This document shows positions 47,527 to 55,781 of a stretch of DNA of 64,000 nucleotides, one piece after another (within the stretch, counting starts at the first letter, position 1; the number at the start of each line of letters is the position of its first letter). The translations under genes and the position numbers were made by a program. This DNA comes from Candidatus Micrarchaeota archaeon (lineage in GTDB: Archaea; Micrarchaeota; Micrarchaeia; Norongarragalinales; SBBD01): NCBI GenBank assembly GCA_018819225.1, contig JAHJQN010000005.1:1-64000 (forward strand), given 5' to 3'. The notes beneath the pieces were generated by a model. The model did no database searches. It was not told the DNA's origin and saw only the letters and a program-made list of their open reading frames with translations.

Positions 47527-48069
47527 TTAAACTCGGCGACCCCTCTTTCCGCCGCGTCGTTTCGTGCTGTCGGTTGGAACCGGAGTCACGTCTTCAATTT
47601 TTCCGATGCGTAGCCCGCTTCGCGCCAACGCTCGAATCGCGGCTTGGGCACCGCTTCCCGGCGTCTTGGTTCGGTGTCCGCCGGGGGCGCGAACGCGAAT
47701 ATTTATGCCCACGAGTCCCCGTTCCTTGGCTTTCTCGGCGCACTTGAATGAGGCTTGCATCGCCGCGTACGGAGAACCTTCTTCGCGGTCGTTCTTGACG
47801 ACCATTCCTCCGCTCGCCACGGCAATGGTTTCGGCCCCGCTTAAGTCCGTGACCGTGATAATCGTGTCGTTCTTGCTGCTGAAAATGTGGGCAACGCCCC
47901 ACCGGCCTTCTTTCTGAATGTACTTGCGATCGAATCGGTCGCGAGAACTACCTGAACGACCGGAAAAGCTTCGGCTCGATGCACTGGCGGGTCGCGTCGG
48001 CAGCGACGCACGCGAAGGGGCCGCGGTTTCCGGTTTAATGGGTTCTTTGATTGAATCGTCTTCGGCCAT
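47527..48069 (-). CDS. rps11: 30S ribosomal protein uS11 with N-terminal extension
   Basis: [11 protein letters not shown] and IEDVTPVP...RGRRV motifs. Confidence 0.97.
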   Translation of the reverse strand: MAEDDSIKEPIKPETAAPSRASLPTRPASASSRSFSGRSGSSRDRFDRKYIQKEGRWGVAHIFSSKNDTIITVTDLSGAETIAVASGGMVVKNDREEGSPYAAMQASFKCAEKAKERGLVGINIRVRAPGGHRTKTPGSGAQAAIRALARSGLRIGKIEDVTPVPTDSTKRRGGKRGRRV

Positions 48070-48074
48070 GAGGT

Positions 48075-48635
48075 TCACGCTGCAGTCTTTTCAAGTTGCT
48101 TCACGTCCGAAATGTCGGGAGTGAGAGGTTCGTCTTCTGGTTTCGGGACCGGTTCCACGTTGATTTTGTGTCCGTGCCAATTGATTTCATCTTCCTCCAC
48201 GTATTTCACGAGGTAGGAAGGAGAAGAAATGCGCTTTCCTTTAACGGTCAAATGCCCGTGCGAAATGAATTGACGGCTTTGTTTGATGGTTTTCGCGAAA
48301 TGTTTCTTGTGCGCAATGGTTTGCAATCTCCGATCGAGCACGTCTCGAACCGTCAATGAAAGCACGTCATCGAGCGTGGGGGTTTCTTTGCGAATCAGGA
48401 AGCCCTTCATGCGTTTGATCAACTGTTCTTTTCGGCGCTCCACATCCTTACCGCGCGCGGAAAGCAATCGGCGGGCTTCACGGCGGATCTTTCGAAGTAA
48501 CGTCTGCATTTTCCACAATTCTTTTGCGTTCTTTAAACCGTATTCCTCGCGCAGTTTGCTCTCGCTCTCGATTCGCTGCTTGTCCCACAGCCTACGCGGC
48601 TTCTCATATTGTTTTCGCAAGCGCTTGGCTCCCAT
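48075..48635 (-). CDS. rps4: 30S ribosomal protein uS4
   Basis: YGLKN..E.W, RRLQT and RQFISHGH motifs. Confidence 0.97.
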   Translation of the reverse strand: MGAKRLRKQYEKPRRLWDKQRIESESKLREEYGLKNAKELWKMQTLLRKIRREARRLLSARGKDVERRKEQLIKRMKGFLIRKETPTLDDVLSLTVRDVLDRRLQTIAHKKHFAKTIKQSRQFISHGHLTVKGKRISSPSYLVKYVEEDEINWHGHKINVEPVPKPEDEPLTPDISDVKQLEKTAA

Positions 48636-48640
48636 TCAAC

Positions 48641-49225
48641 TCACTTCTTTTCCTTCTTCTCTTCGCCACCCGCTGCGGCAGCCGCCTTTTGTTCCTTAAT
48701 GGATTTGCGCAGGACGCCGACGGTCATTCCGCTTCGGCCGGTGGTCCGCGTGTGCTGGCCGCGCACTTTTTGGCCGAGGGAGTGTCTCCAGCCTCTCCAC
48801 GAACGCATGTCCTTTTCTTTCTGCACATCGGTTCGGACGGCAAACACTAAATCGTTCATGAGCACGTGTTGGGCCCTGCCGGTTTCGGCCGATTTGCTTC
48901 GGTTCAACGAGAACTCGGGAATCCCGTGCTGGGAAGGCATTCTCAACATTTCATCAATTTTATCGATCTGTTCGTCCGTCAAGTCCCCGCAACGCATTTG
49001 GAGCGGTAACTTCAATTCGTTTCGGATGACGCGTTCCATGGCATAAGCGAGATTGGATCCCACGCCGCGTACGCGCAATAGTCCTCGGTACAACAGCATG
49101 TGGCCGTCAACGTCCTTTCCGGCGATACGAATGACGCCTCGAAAATTCTCGTCCTCTGCCTTTTCGGGCTTCGCTTGCACGGAAGGCGCGCGCGGGCCTT
49201 TTTTCTTAAATTCTTTCTTCGCCAT
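48641..49225 (-). CDS. rps13: 30S ribosomal protein uS13
   Basis: RIAGKD and SWRGWRH..GQKVRGQHTRTTGR motifs. Confidence 0.97.
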   Translation of the reverse strand: MAKKEFKKKGPRAPSVQAKPEKAEDENFRGVIRIAGKDVDGHMLLYRGLLRVRGVGSNLAYAMERVIRNELKLPLQMRCGDLTDEQIDKIDEMLRMPSQHGIPEFSLNRSKSAETGRAQHVLMNDLVFAVRTDVQKEKDMRSWRGWRHSLGQKVRGQHTRTTGRSGMTVGVLRKSIKEQKAAAAAGGEEKKEKK

Positions 49226-49244
49226 ACTTCATCAAAACATCAAG

Positions 49245-49464
49245 CGCCGGGACTGGGATTTACGCCCCTCTCTCTATTGGCGCGATCAACGCAATGGCTT
49301 TCTTCAGGGAATATACCATTCCCGGAAACAGCGTTTGAGGCAACCTCTTGAGTCAGAGGATTCGAACCCAGGAGTCCTTGCGGACACCAGCTCTCCCACG
49401 TTTTCTGCCTGCTCGGGAGAAATACGTTTCCAGGCTGGCGCTTTAACCACTCAGCCATCCCGGC
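49245..49464 (-). tRNA. tRNA-Ser(GGA) with two introns: 35 nt at 37/38 (49393-49427) and 102 nt at 59/60 (49259-49360)
   Basis: GCCGGGA/TCCCGGC-G73 acceptor; CCAGC/GCTGG anticodon stem; long variable arm; T arm CTGGG-TTCGAA|T-CCCAG. The spliced product is an 83-nt cloverleaf; conserved position upstream of rps13. Confidence 0.9.
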
Positions 49465-49517
49465 ACGTGAACTAACATTCTTCCAACCTACCTTTATAAG
49501 GTTATCGACTCCCGGGC

Positions 49518-49961
49518 ATGAAAAAGCGATTTAAAGCCTGCGTCCGTTATTTTGACGTGGACCTCAAGGAAAAGGATATCCGGCTGAAAAAGCTGTGGAA
49601 AAAGTTGAACGACGCCCTATTAGTCGTGGAAGGAAAGCATGACGTAGCGGCTTTGAGGGAAGTGGGCGTGTACGCACCCGTGATCACCGCGAATGGAAAA
49701 CCCGAGCGCATCGTCCAAAAAGTGATTGCGCAGGCGCGAGGTAAGCCCGTCGTATTATTGTTTGATTACGATCGGGAAGGCACGCGCAAGACGCTGTTTT
49801 ACAACGAATTATTTTTCGCGGAGGACTGCAACGCGGACCTGCAGCCGCACAAGCAGTTGAAACAACTGCTGCCGTTAAACACGATCGAGGATTTGCCGAC
49901 GGCGTACTACGACGTGATGGAAGAGATTGCTCTCGAGAAACGCGTCCGAAAAAACGTTTAG
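49518..49961 (+). CDS. Small Toprim-domain protein
   Basis: VVEGKHD and LFDYDREG motifs. Confidence 0.88.
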   Translation: MKKRFKACVRYFDVDLKEKDIRLKKLWKKLNDALLVVEGKHDVAALREVGVYAPVITANGKPERIVQKVIAQARGKPVVLLFDYDREGTRKTLFYNELFFAEDCNADLQPHKQLKQLLPLNTIEDLPTAYYDVMEEIALEKRVRKNV

Positions 49962-50395
49962 AGAATGCGAATGACGCGACGCGCTTGCTCTCTGGAAAGC
50001 CCGAAAAACGTGACGGCAACGGATTCCCATTCCCGCGCACTGCGCTCGTCTTCCTTCGCCTGCGGTTCCGATACGAGAACGAACGCCGCATTCAAGCGCA
50101 AGCACAGCGAAAGAAATCGACGGTATTTATAGAGGCGGCGCGCGCGCGGACCGATAGGCAAATGCAACAATGAAGTCAACGGTAATTCTATGGAAACCCG
50201 TGCTTCCTTGGCGAGTTGAACGAAACCGTTTTCCCGGTGAAATGAAGGCACGCGCGTTGGATTGACGGAGGCCGGATGGCGGCGTAGGGCTTCTTTCAGC
50301 CATTCGATGTGCTCGCTTTCCACGCGCGCGTGAGGGGGTAAGCGATGCACGTCCGCCCGCGATGTTAGAAATATTACACTATTTTTTTGGTGCAC
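49958..50395 (-). CDS. rnp3: Ribonuclease P protein component 3 (Rpp30), divergent and short; start uncertain
   Basis: LAKE..V.IE, VLVS.....DERS..E and FGL....A pattern; synteny with rpl15e. Confidence 0.65.
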   Translation of the reverse strand: MHQKNSVIFLTSRADVHRLPPHARVESEHIEWLKEALRRHPASVNPTRVPSFHRENGFVQLAKEARVSIELPLTSLLHLPIGPRARRLYKYRRFLSLCLRLNAAFVLVSEPQAKEDERSAREWESVAVTFFGLSREQARRVIRIL

Positions 50396-51008
50396 GCCAA
50401 CCCCTTTTTTTCGCAGCGTCTTCGATGAGTCGCTCAAAGGCGCCGTGCCTCATGGATTCAAGCGTATGATGAATTTCGGGATAAAACCGCCAATGGTTAT
50501 GATGCGCCAGCGTTCCCAAAACAGCATTGAAGAAATCGTGAGAGTGCTTTGGACCCATATTCGAAATGATGCTCAATGCTCGCTTTTTTTGAATAAGAGA
50601 CCTTTGAGGTTCAAGCAGGGTTCGAAGAGCGGTTCCCGCGAATCGTGCGTCGGGTCCAAAACGTTTTAATGCCCTTTCCGCTTCGTGCTGCACCTGTTCA
50701 TTGCCATATAATAAAATCCATCCAGCGCTGAGTGCGAGTCGTTGGTCTCCTAATGCTCGAATGGTGCGCGCTATTCGAACCACTTCCTCATGCTGGTGGT
50801 TGCGAATCATGGGAGCCATTAACCGATTAATCCTTTCATTGACTTGAAGAATACCGTGTTGTTCGATTTCTCCACTCAGAAATTCTCGTGCATCCGCCAG
50901 TATTCTTCCAGTAATCCGGCGGGAATGCAATCGAGAATAGGATGCTTGAAGTCTCTCGGGAAGCTTCCGAATCCCGCTTAACGGTAAGTCAACAATACGG
51001 TCGTCCAT
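50379..51008 (-). CDS. Hypothetical helical-repeat (HEAT-like) protein
   Basis: Repeats of the type AERALKRFGP / ALSIISNMGP; lower GC than neighbours. Confidence 0.6.
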   Translation of the reverse strand: MDDRIVDLPLSGIRKLPERLQASYSRLHSRRITGRILADAREFLSGEIEQHGILQVNERINRLMAPMIRNHQHEEVVRIARTIRALGDQRLALSAGWILLYGNEQVQHEAERALKRFGPDARFAGTALRTLLEPQRSLIQKKRALSIISNMGPKHSHDFFNAVLGTLAHHNHWRFYPEIHHTLESMRHGAFERLIEDAAKKRGWRAPKK

Positions 51009-51014
51009 AACGCG

Positions 51015-51422
51015 TTATGCGTTGGGGATCTTTAAAATGACTTCGAAATACGCGTGCACGCCGTCCGACCCCACTAAATAGGAATTGATGGGCACCATGT
51101 TTCGAAAACGTTTCCGCGCCTTTTGTTCCGCGTAATACGACATGGTTCGTCCCGGGTTCTGGAACTTGACGTTGCGGCCCGGCTTGCGTCCGAGGTCCGC
51201 CTTTCTTCGAGCGCGCTTGCCGCGGTGAATTTTCACGCGGGCAATGGCATAGCCCTTCTTCGCCTTGTAGCCTAAACTGCGCGCGCGGTAGGGGTTGGAA
51301 GGCTTTTCCGCCCGCTCAACGGTTTTCTCTTTCCGCCATTTCGCGAGTCGTTTTCGGAACGAGGGAAGGCGTTCGCCGTAGCTCTTAGAAAAAGAGTCCT
51401 GAACATGTCGATAAGCTCCCAT
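51015..51422 (-). CDS. rpl15e: 50S ribosomal protein eL15 (C-terminally short)
   Basis: WRKE, ARSLGYKAKKG, NSYLVGSDG...YFEVIL motifs. Confidence 0.95.
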   Translation of the reverse strand: MGAYRHVQDSFSKSYGERLPSFRKRLAKWRKEKTVERAEKPSNPYRARSLGYKAKKGYAIARVKIHRGKRARRKADLGRKPGRNVKFQNPGRTMSYYAEQKARKRFRNMVPINSYLVGSDGVHAYFEVILKIPNA

Positions 51423-51439
51423 TCTTCATCACCGTATTC

Positions 51440-51467
51440 TGGTCCCTGCGGATGGCAGGGAAATCCA
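51440..51467 (-). promoter_or_regulatory. Candidate eL15 r-protein leader hairpin
   Basis: TGG-ATT-TCCCTGC-CATCC-GCAGGGA-CCA stem-loop just upstream of the GGTGA RBS of rpl15e. Confidence 0.45.
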
Positions 51468-51531
51468 ACATCCATCTACTAGTACGCAGGAAGCCATTTT
51501 TAACGCTTTTGGGATTGGATGAAGCCCTGCA

Positions 51532-52329
51532 TTAACGCCGGAGCACGCGGCGGAAGATGCGCCACACGCGGCCGAAGAATCCTTCACGGGCATGCATGGG
51601 TTCCGTGCTCCCCGTAATAATGCCCACGCCTTCCTTGAGAACGCGCGCCGCAGGCGAAGAACCCTTGTAGAGTACGATGGGCGTTCGGGCGGCAATGCTT
51701 TCCGGAATCAAGTGATCTTCCGGAATCGAGAAAATAACAGGGACTTCCGCCATCGTCTCAATTTCCTTATTGGATAACTCGAACGGGGAACCCGTCGAGC
51801 GATTGACGACGATGCCGCGCACGCGCGTCTTCTTGTCCTGGCACAACGAAACCACTTTCGCTGCCGATGTGGAGGAAGGCACATCCGGCGTCGTGATCAC
51901 GATGACTTCATCGCACGTCTCCAGAATATATTCGACGTCGGACGTGATACCCGGAGGGGAGTCGACGATGATGTAGTCGTAAGCCGTCATGCTCCACAAC
52001 ACGTTTTTCAAATTTTTCAAGCTCACGTCCGGATGGTACTTGAGACTCGCCGGAAGCACGCGGATGCCCGTTTGCGGTTGGACGACGACGGCTTCCGAAA
52101 CCTTGTTCTTGCCCTGAAGGACTTCTTGAATTCCAACGGCGCCGTAAGATAACCCGAGGTGGAGTCCAGTCGACGGATTGCTCAAATCGCAATCGACGAT
52201 AATGGAATTGCGGCCCATGCGCTTGAGAATCGCCGTCGTATTGACGGCTACAACGCTTTTTCCAACGCCTCCTTTACCGGATACGACCCCGATAATCTTA
52301 TTCTTACGATTAGTGTTTGCAGCTGGCAT
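51532..52329 (-). CDS. minD: MinD/ParA-family ATPase
   Basis: SGKGGVGKS deviant Walker A; VDSPPG; VVNR. Confidence 0.9.
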   Translation of the reverse strand: MPAANTNRKNKIIGVVSGKGGVGKSVVAVNTTAILKRMGRNSIIVDCDLSNPSTGLHLGLSYGAVGIQEVLQGKNKVSEAVVVQPQTGIRVLPASLKYHPDVSLKNLKNVLWSMTAYDYIIVDSPPGITSDVEYILETCDEVIVITTPDVPSSTSAAKVVSLCQDKKTRVRGIVVNRSTGSPFELSNKEIETMAEVPVIFSIPEDHLIPESIAARTPIVLYKGSSPAARVLKEGVGIITGSTEPMHAREGFFGRVWRIFRRVLRR

Positions 52330-52390
52330 ACCTCATTCTCCAAACACTAGACAACAAGCCCTTTTAAATGAGTTTGGGCAAGTGGTTAAA

Positions 52391-54118
52391 CTACTCCATC
52401 ATTTGCTTGAGTTGCCCCAAATAATCGGAGCGGTCTTGCCGGAACTGTTTGCGGGCATGCGCATCATCGCGTTTTTTGCGGAAGGAAACGAACATGGCGG
52501 CCGCCGCCACAATCGAAACACCGATGATGGCCGCGACCTCCGGTGGAAAACGCGCGATCAACGTGCTCACGGAATCGTCTTCGCGTTTGCGCACTTGAAC
52601 GGGCGTGCTTTTCGCATTCAAACCGTCTTCGGTAAACAAACGGAACGTGAACAAGTGCGACCCCGCGCTTCCAACGGGCGGGGTGACCCGGAAACCAAAC
52701 CGCGTAATGCCTCTCGGGAGCAATGGTTTTTGGATTTCCAAGGGCTGTAATTCAAAATCAACGGGCACTTCCAGCGCGGCTTGCACGTGCAGCGGTTGAA
52801 TCCCGGAATAAAACACGTCAACCGCCACTTCCCCTTCTTCCCCCTCGAATAATTCGGGGGCGAACAATCCTTTGACTTCCACGAATTCCAAGAGGCGCAA
52901 CTTTTCCTGCGTGACCGCTACCTGGTCGGTCTGCCAATCCACGTACGTGGAATACGTGGGGAGGACAAGGGGAAGGACGTACGTGGCGTACGCGATTTCG
53001 TTGGGATTCAAATTCAAAAACTCCCATCGAACCTTTAACGGCCGTTCTTGAATGATTTCTCCGGGTTTATCGAGAAAACGAATGTCTTGCGAGGTCACAT
53101 CCATGAGAGTGGGAATGGATTCGTAGACGTTGACGACGGGTATGGCTTTCGTGCCCAGATTGCGCACGTTGAGCGCGACCGTGGTTTCGCGCGCGAGCCG
53201 ATCAATGCGGATGTGTCGCAATACGACGGGGTAGGGGTATTCGCGCGGAAAGCTCTTGACGCGCAATACCATGTATTCAATCGTAGGGCGCGTGCTATGA
53301 ACCTCTAATTTCAGTAAATAATCGCCGGCCAACGCGTAATTCGGAACGGATAAACCGAAATTGATGATGCGTTCTTCTCCGGGGCGTAACGTCGTTTCCT
53401 TGGGCTGGAACGATACCCAGGATTCGGAAGTCCCGGTCACGAGCAAGCGAATGGTTTTCTCGGTTCCGCCGTCGTTGCGAATCGTAAAGGATTCGAATGC
53501 GCTCGTGCCCGCCAAGAGCTCTCTGAGAACCGTGTGGCGCAAGAACTTGATGTCCCCTTCAACGGGAATGATTTCATCCGGCAGGGGTTTCGGGGGCGTG
53601 AAATTATCGGTGGGCGGAATGAAAAATCCTCCGGACGAGCCACCCCCTCCCGGGGATTGCGGAGGAGGAGTCACCGGCGGATTCACGACGGAAAAGCATT
53701 CAGAAAACACTTCGCTTTGGTTCGCGTAATCGTCGTAATACGCGGTGGCGTTCGCGCAGTATATGCCGATGGGAAGCGTGCCCGTGCTCCAGCTCTTGAT
53801 GAGAATCACTTGCGAAAAACGCGAGATGAGCGTCGGCGAGTAATTGAACGAGTCCACGAGGTCATCCGTCGTGTTGAAGATGAGGACTTCCGCGGTCGCG
53901 TTCGCTTGAACGGTTCCGTTGTTGTAAAGCGTGAGAACGAAGTCGCCGCTGGCCCCTGAATAAATGGGATCGGGAGCTACGGTCAGGTTTTGGATCGTGA
54001 CGTTCGTGTAATTAGGCAAGTCGGACCGGAACCACGTCAGCGTGTCCGCGTAATCGGCGTGAGCGAGACTACTCAATAAGAAAAGAATAAAAAATAAAAA
54101 AAAGGTTTCATGGCTCAC
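52391..54118 (-). CDS. Surface protein with Ig-like domains, Pro/Gly linker and C-terminal TM anchor
   Basis: Signal peptide FFLFFILFLLSSLAHA; GTG start overlapping the upstream stop; TM followed by RKKR. Confidence 0.8.
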   Translation of the reverse strand: MSHETFFLFFILFLLSSLAHADYADTLTWFRSDLPNYTNVTIQNLTVAPDPIYSGASGDFVLTLYNNGTVQANATAEVLIFNTTDDLVDSFNYSPTLISRFSQVILIKSWSTGTLPIGIYCANATAYYDDYANQSEVFSECFSVVNPPVTPPPQSPGGGGSSGGFFIPPTDNFTPPKPLPDEIIPVEGDIKFLRHTVLRELLAGTSAFESFTIRNDGGTEKTIRLLVTGTSESWVSFQPKETTLRPGEERIINFGLSVPNYALAGDYLLKLEVHSTRPTIEYMVLRVKSFPREYPYPVVLRHIRIDRLARETTVALNVRNLGTKAIPVVNVYESIPTLMDVTSQDIRFLDKPGEIIQERPLKVRWEFLNLNPNEIAYATYVLPLVLPTYSTYVDWQTDQVAVTQEKLRLLEFVEVKGLFAPELFEGEEGEVAVDVFYSGIQPLHVQAALEVPVDFELQPLEIQKPLLPRGITRFGFRVTPPVGSAGSHLFTFRLFTEDGLNAKSTPVQVRKREDDSVSTLIARFPPEVAAIIGVSIVAAAAMFVSFRKKRDDAHARKQFRQDRSDYLGQLKQMME

Positions 54119-55074
54119 GTGACCTCGAAGAACATCGTGTACCATGTTTGTCCGATGCTTCCGCCTCCCGTGCCGATGTAGTCCAGTTTGTACTTGTAGA
54201 ACCATTCATCGTTCTTCGCCCCGGACGGCGGCGTGATGTTGATTCCGACGATGTATCGGCCGGGTTTCACGTCCTTAGCCCTTACTTTAACCGTAATCTT
54301 TTGGGTCCAACCCGATTGGAAGACGGGAAATGCCGGTTCCAGCAAGACGTCTACCGGATCCACTGAAACGTCAAAGTACTTTTTGGTTTCCTCGGGGTCG
54401 ACGTCGACGGTACGCGTGCCATCCGCGAACTCGCTTAACTTGAGCTCGCCGTGCGGCGGGTATTCAACCGAGAAGGCCATGCCCTGATAGGTCTGCACGA
54501 GCCACGTGGAATGGATGAAGAAATGCGTTTCGTATTCGTCGTTTCGTCTGGATAGCACGATGACTTCGCTCGGGAACGTTCCGTAACCGACTGCGGCCCA
54601 GCGGTCCGTCGGAGGATACTGGTACAATTTGCACCCGCTTTCATCGAACATGGGATACCATTCGGGCTGTTTCCAATAATTTTCCCCGAAATAGTTGGTG
54701 TCCGAAATTTTTCCGAGGTGGAACAACAGCTTTTGGACGTAGAAATCTTCAGGGAACGGAGGGACCTCGGCATACACTTGGGGAGGCAAGTCGCATCGCC
54801 GCTTGGCGATCTCGAACGGATCTTCCTGGTATTGCTGCAGGCGAACCATCAAGTCCGGGTACTTGGTCCAGAACGGATCCTCGGTCGGCGTCGGGGTTGT
54901 GGCCACTGTTATGGCCGTTGGAATGATTGTAGGCACCGGAGCCGGAGGAGCAAACGCGTCCTGCAACGGTCCCAAGAAATACAGTGCGAGCACCGCGATC
55001 ACGGCCAATCCAATCCACACTTCCTTGCCCATTTTCTTTCCGTGATGCGACGTGCTATGAGGCTTCTTCTTCAT
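54115..55074 (-). CDS. N-terminally anchored extracellular protein with Pro/Thr linker
   Basis: Basic n-region, TM, PTPT linker and a beta-rich domain. Confidence 0.8.
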   Translation of the reverse strand: MKKKPHSTSHHGKKMGKEVWIGLAVIAVLALYFLGPLQDAFAPPAPVPTIIPTAITVATTPTPTEDPFWTKYPDLMVRLQQYQEDPFEIAKRRCDLPPQVYAEVPPFPEDFYVQKLLFHLGKISDTNYFGENYWKQPEWYPMFDESGCKLYQYPPTDRWAAVGYGTFPSEVIVLSRRNDEYETHFFIHSTWLVQTYQGMAFSVEYPPHGELKLSEFADGTRTVDVDPEETKKYFDVSVDPVDVLLEPAFPVFQSGWTQKITVKVRAKDVKPGRYIVGINITPPSGAKNDEWFYKYKLDYIGTGGGSIGQTWYTMFFEVT

Positions 55075-55094
55075 GATCTTTCCCCCTCTTATGC

Positions 55095-55694
55095 TTAGTT
55101 CGCGTTCGTGCTGTTGTGCGTGATCAAACGCTGTTCCACGAGACCGGATACGGACGTGAAGTTCGCGTACAACGTCACGTTAATCGAACAACATGCGGGT
55201 GAAGCCGTGGTATTGAGTTCCTGGAAAATCATTGCTTCCATGGAATTGTTCAACGGAATCTCTGGACCAATAGTTACCGCGTTGTTACCCACTCCACTTG
55301 CAGAACTGTTCACGCCCACCGTAATACCCGATGGAAGCGATGAATTGAATATGAGCGTCATGCTGAGATTCACGTTTCCGGCATTCGTGTACTGGAAAAT
55401 AGGTACCGCTGCTCCGGCTTGACACGAACCGCCGAATGCGGTGGTCAAACACGGTTCGACTCGCGTGCACGTTCCGGTGACGCAGGTAAAGTTAATGTCT
55501 GCAGTTGCGGGGCCGGGATCGGATGCACTCGAAGCATTCGCTTCACCGGCTCCCAACGGTAATGTAATCGTGAAACCCGTGTCCACCGGGACATTGAAGA
55601 TGACGGCGGTATTCGCCCATTCCGCTAACGGCATGGCAGCCAACGCAATAAATGCGGCAACAAAAACAATCAAGCGAAAGTGTTTCCAAACCAT
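55095..55694 (-). CDS. Small secreted beta-sandwich protein; candidate filament subunit
   Basis: Signal peptide; GGTG RBS; homologous to the C-terminal domain of 55782-60341. Confidence 0.8.
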   Translation of the reverse strand: MVWKHFRLIVFVAAFIALAAMPLAEWANTAVIFNVPVDTGFTITLPLGAGEANASSASDPGPATADINFTCVTGTCTRVEPCLTTAFGGSCQAGAAVPIFQYTNAGNVNLSMTLIFNSSLPSGITVGVNSSASGVGNNAVTIGPEIPLNNSMEAMIFQELNTTASPACCSINVTLYANFTSVSGLVEQRLITHNSTNAN

Positions 55695-55750
55695 TGCGTC
55701 CACCTTTTAATTATACGAAGCGGGGATATGAATCCGTGACGTTTAAGGCC

Positions 55751-55766
55751 TATATAAAGCTTTCTG
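55751..55766 (-). promoter_or_regulatory. BRE-TATA promoter
   Basis: CAGAAAGC-TTTATATA on the minus strand, about 57 nt upstream of ATG 55694. Confidence 0.6.
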
Positions 55767-55781
55767 CGAGGGAAAAAATAA

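Noticed and set aside
49240-49458. 72-aa ORF (likewise 12100-12372 and 44506-44787)
   Set aside because: These coincide with tRNA genes.
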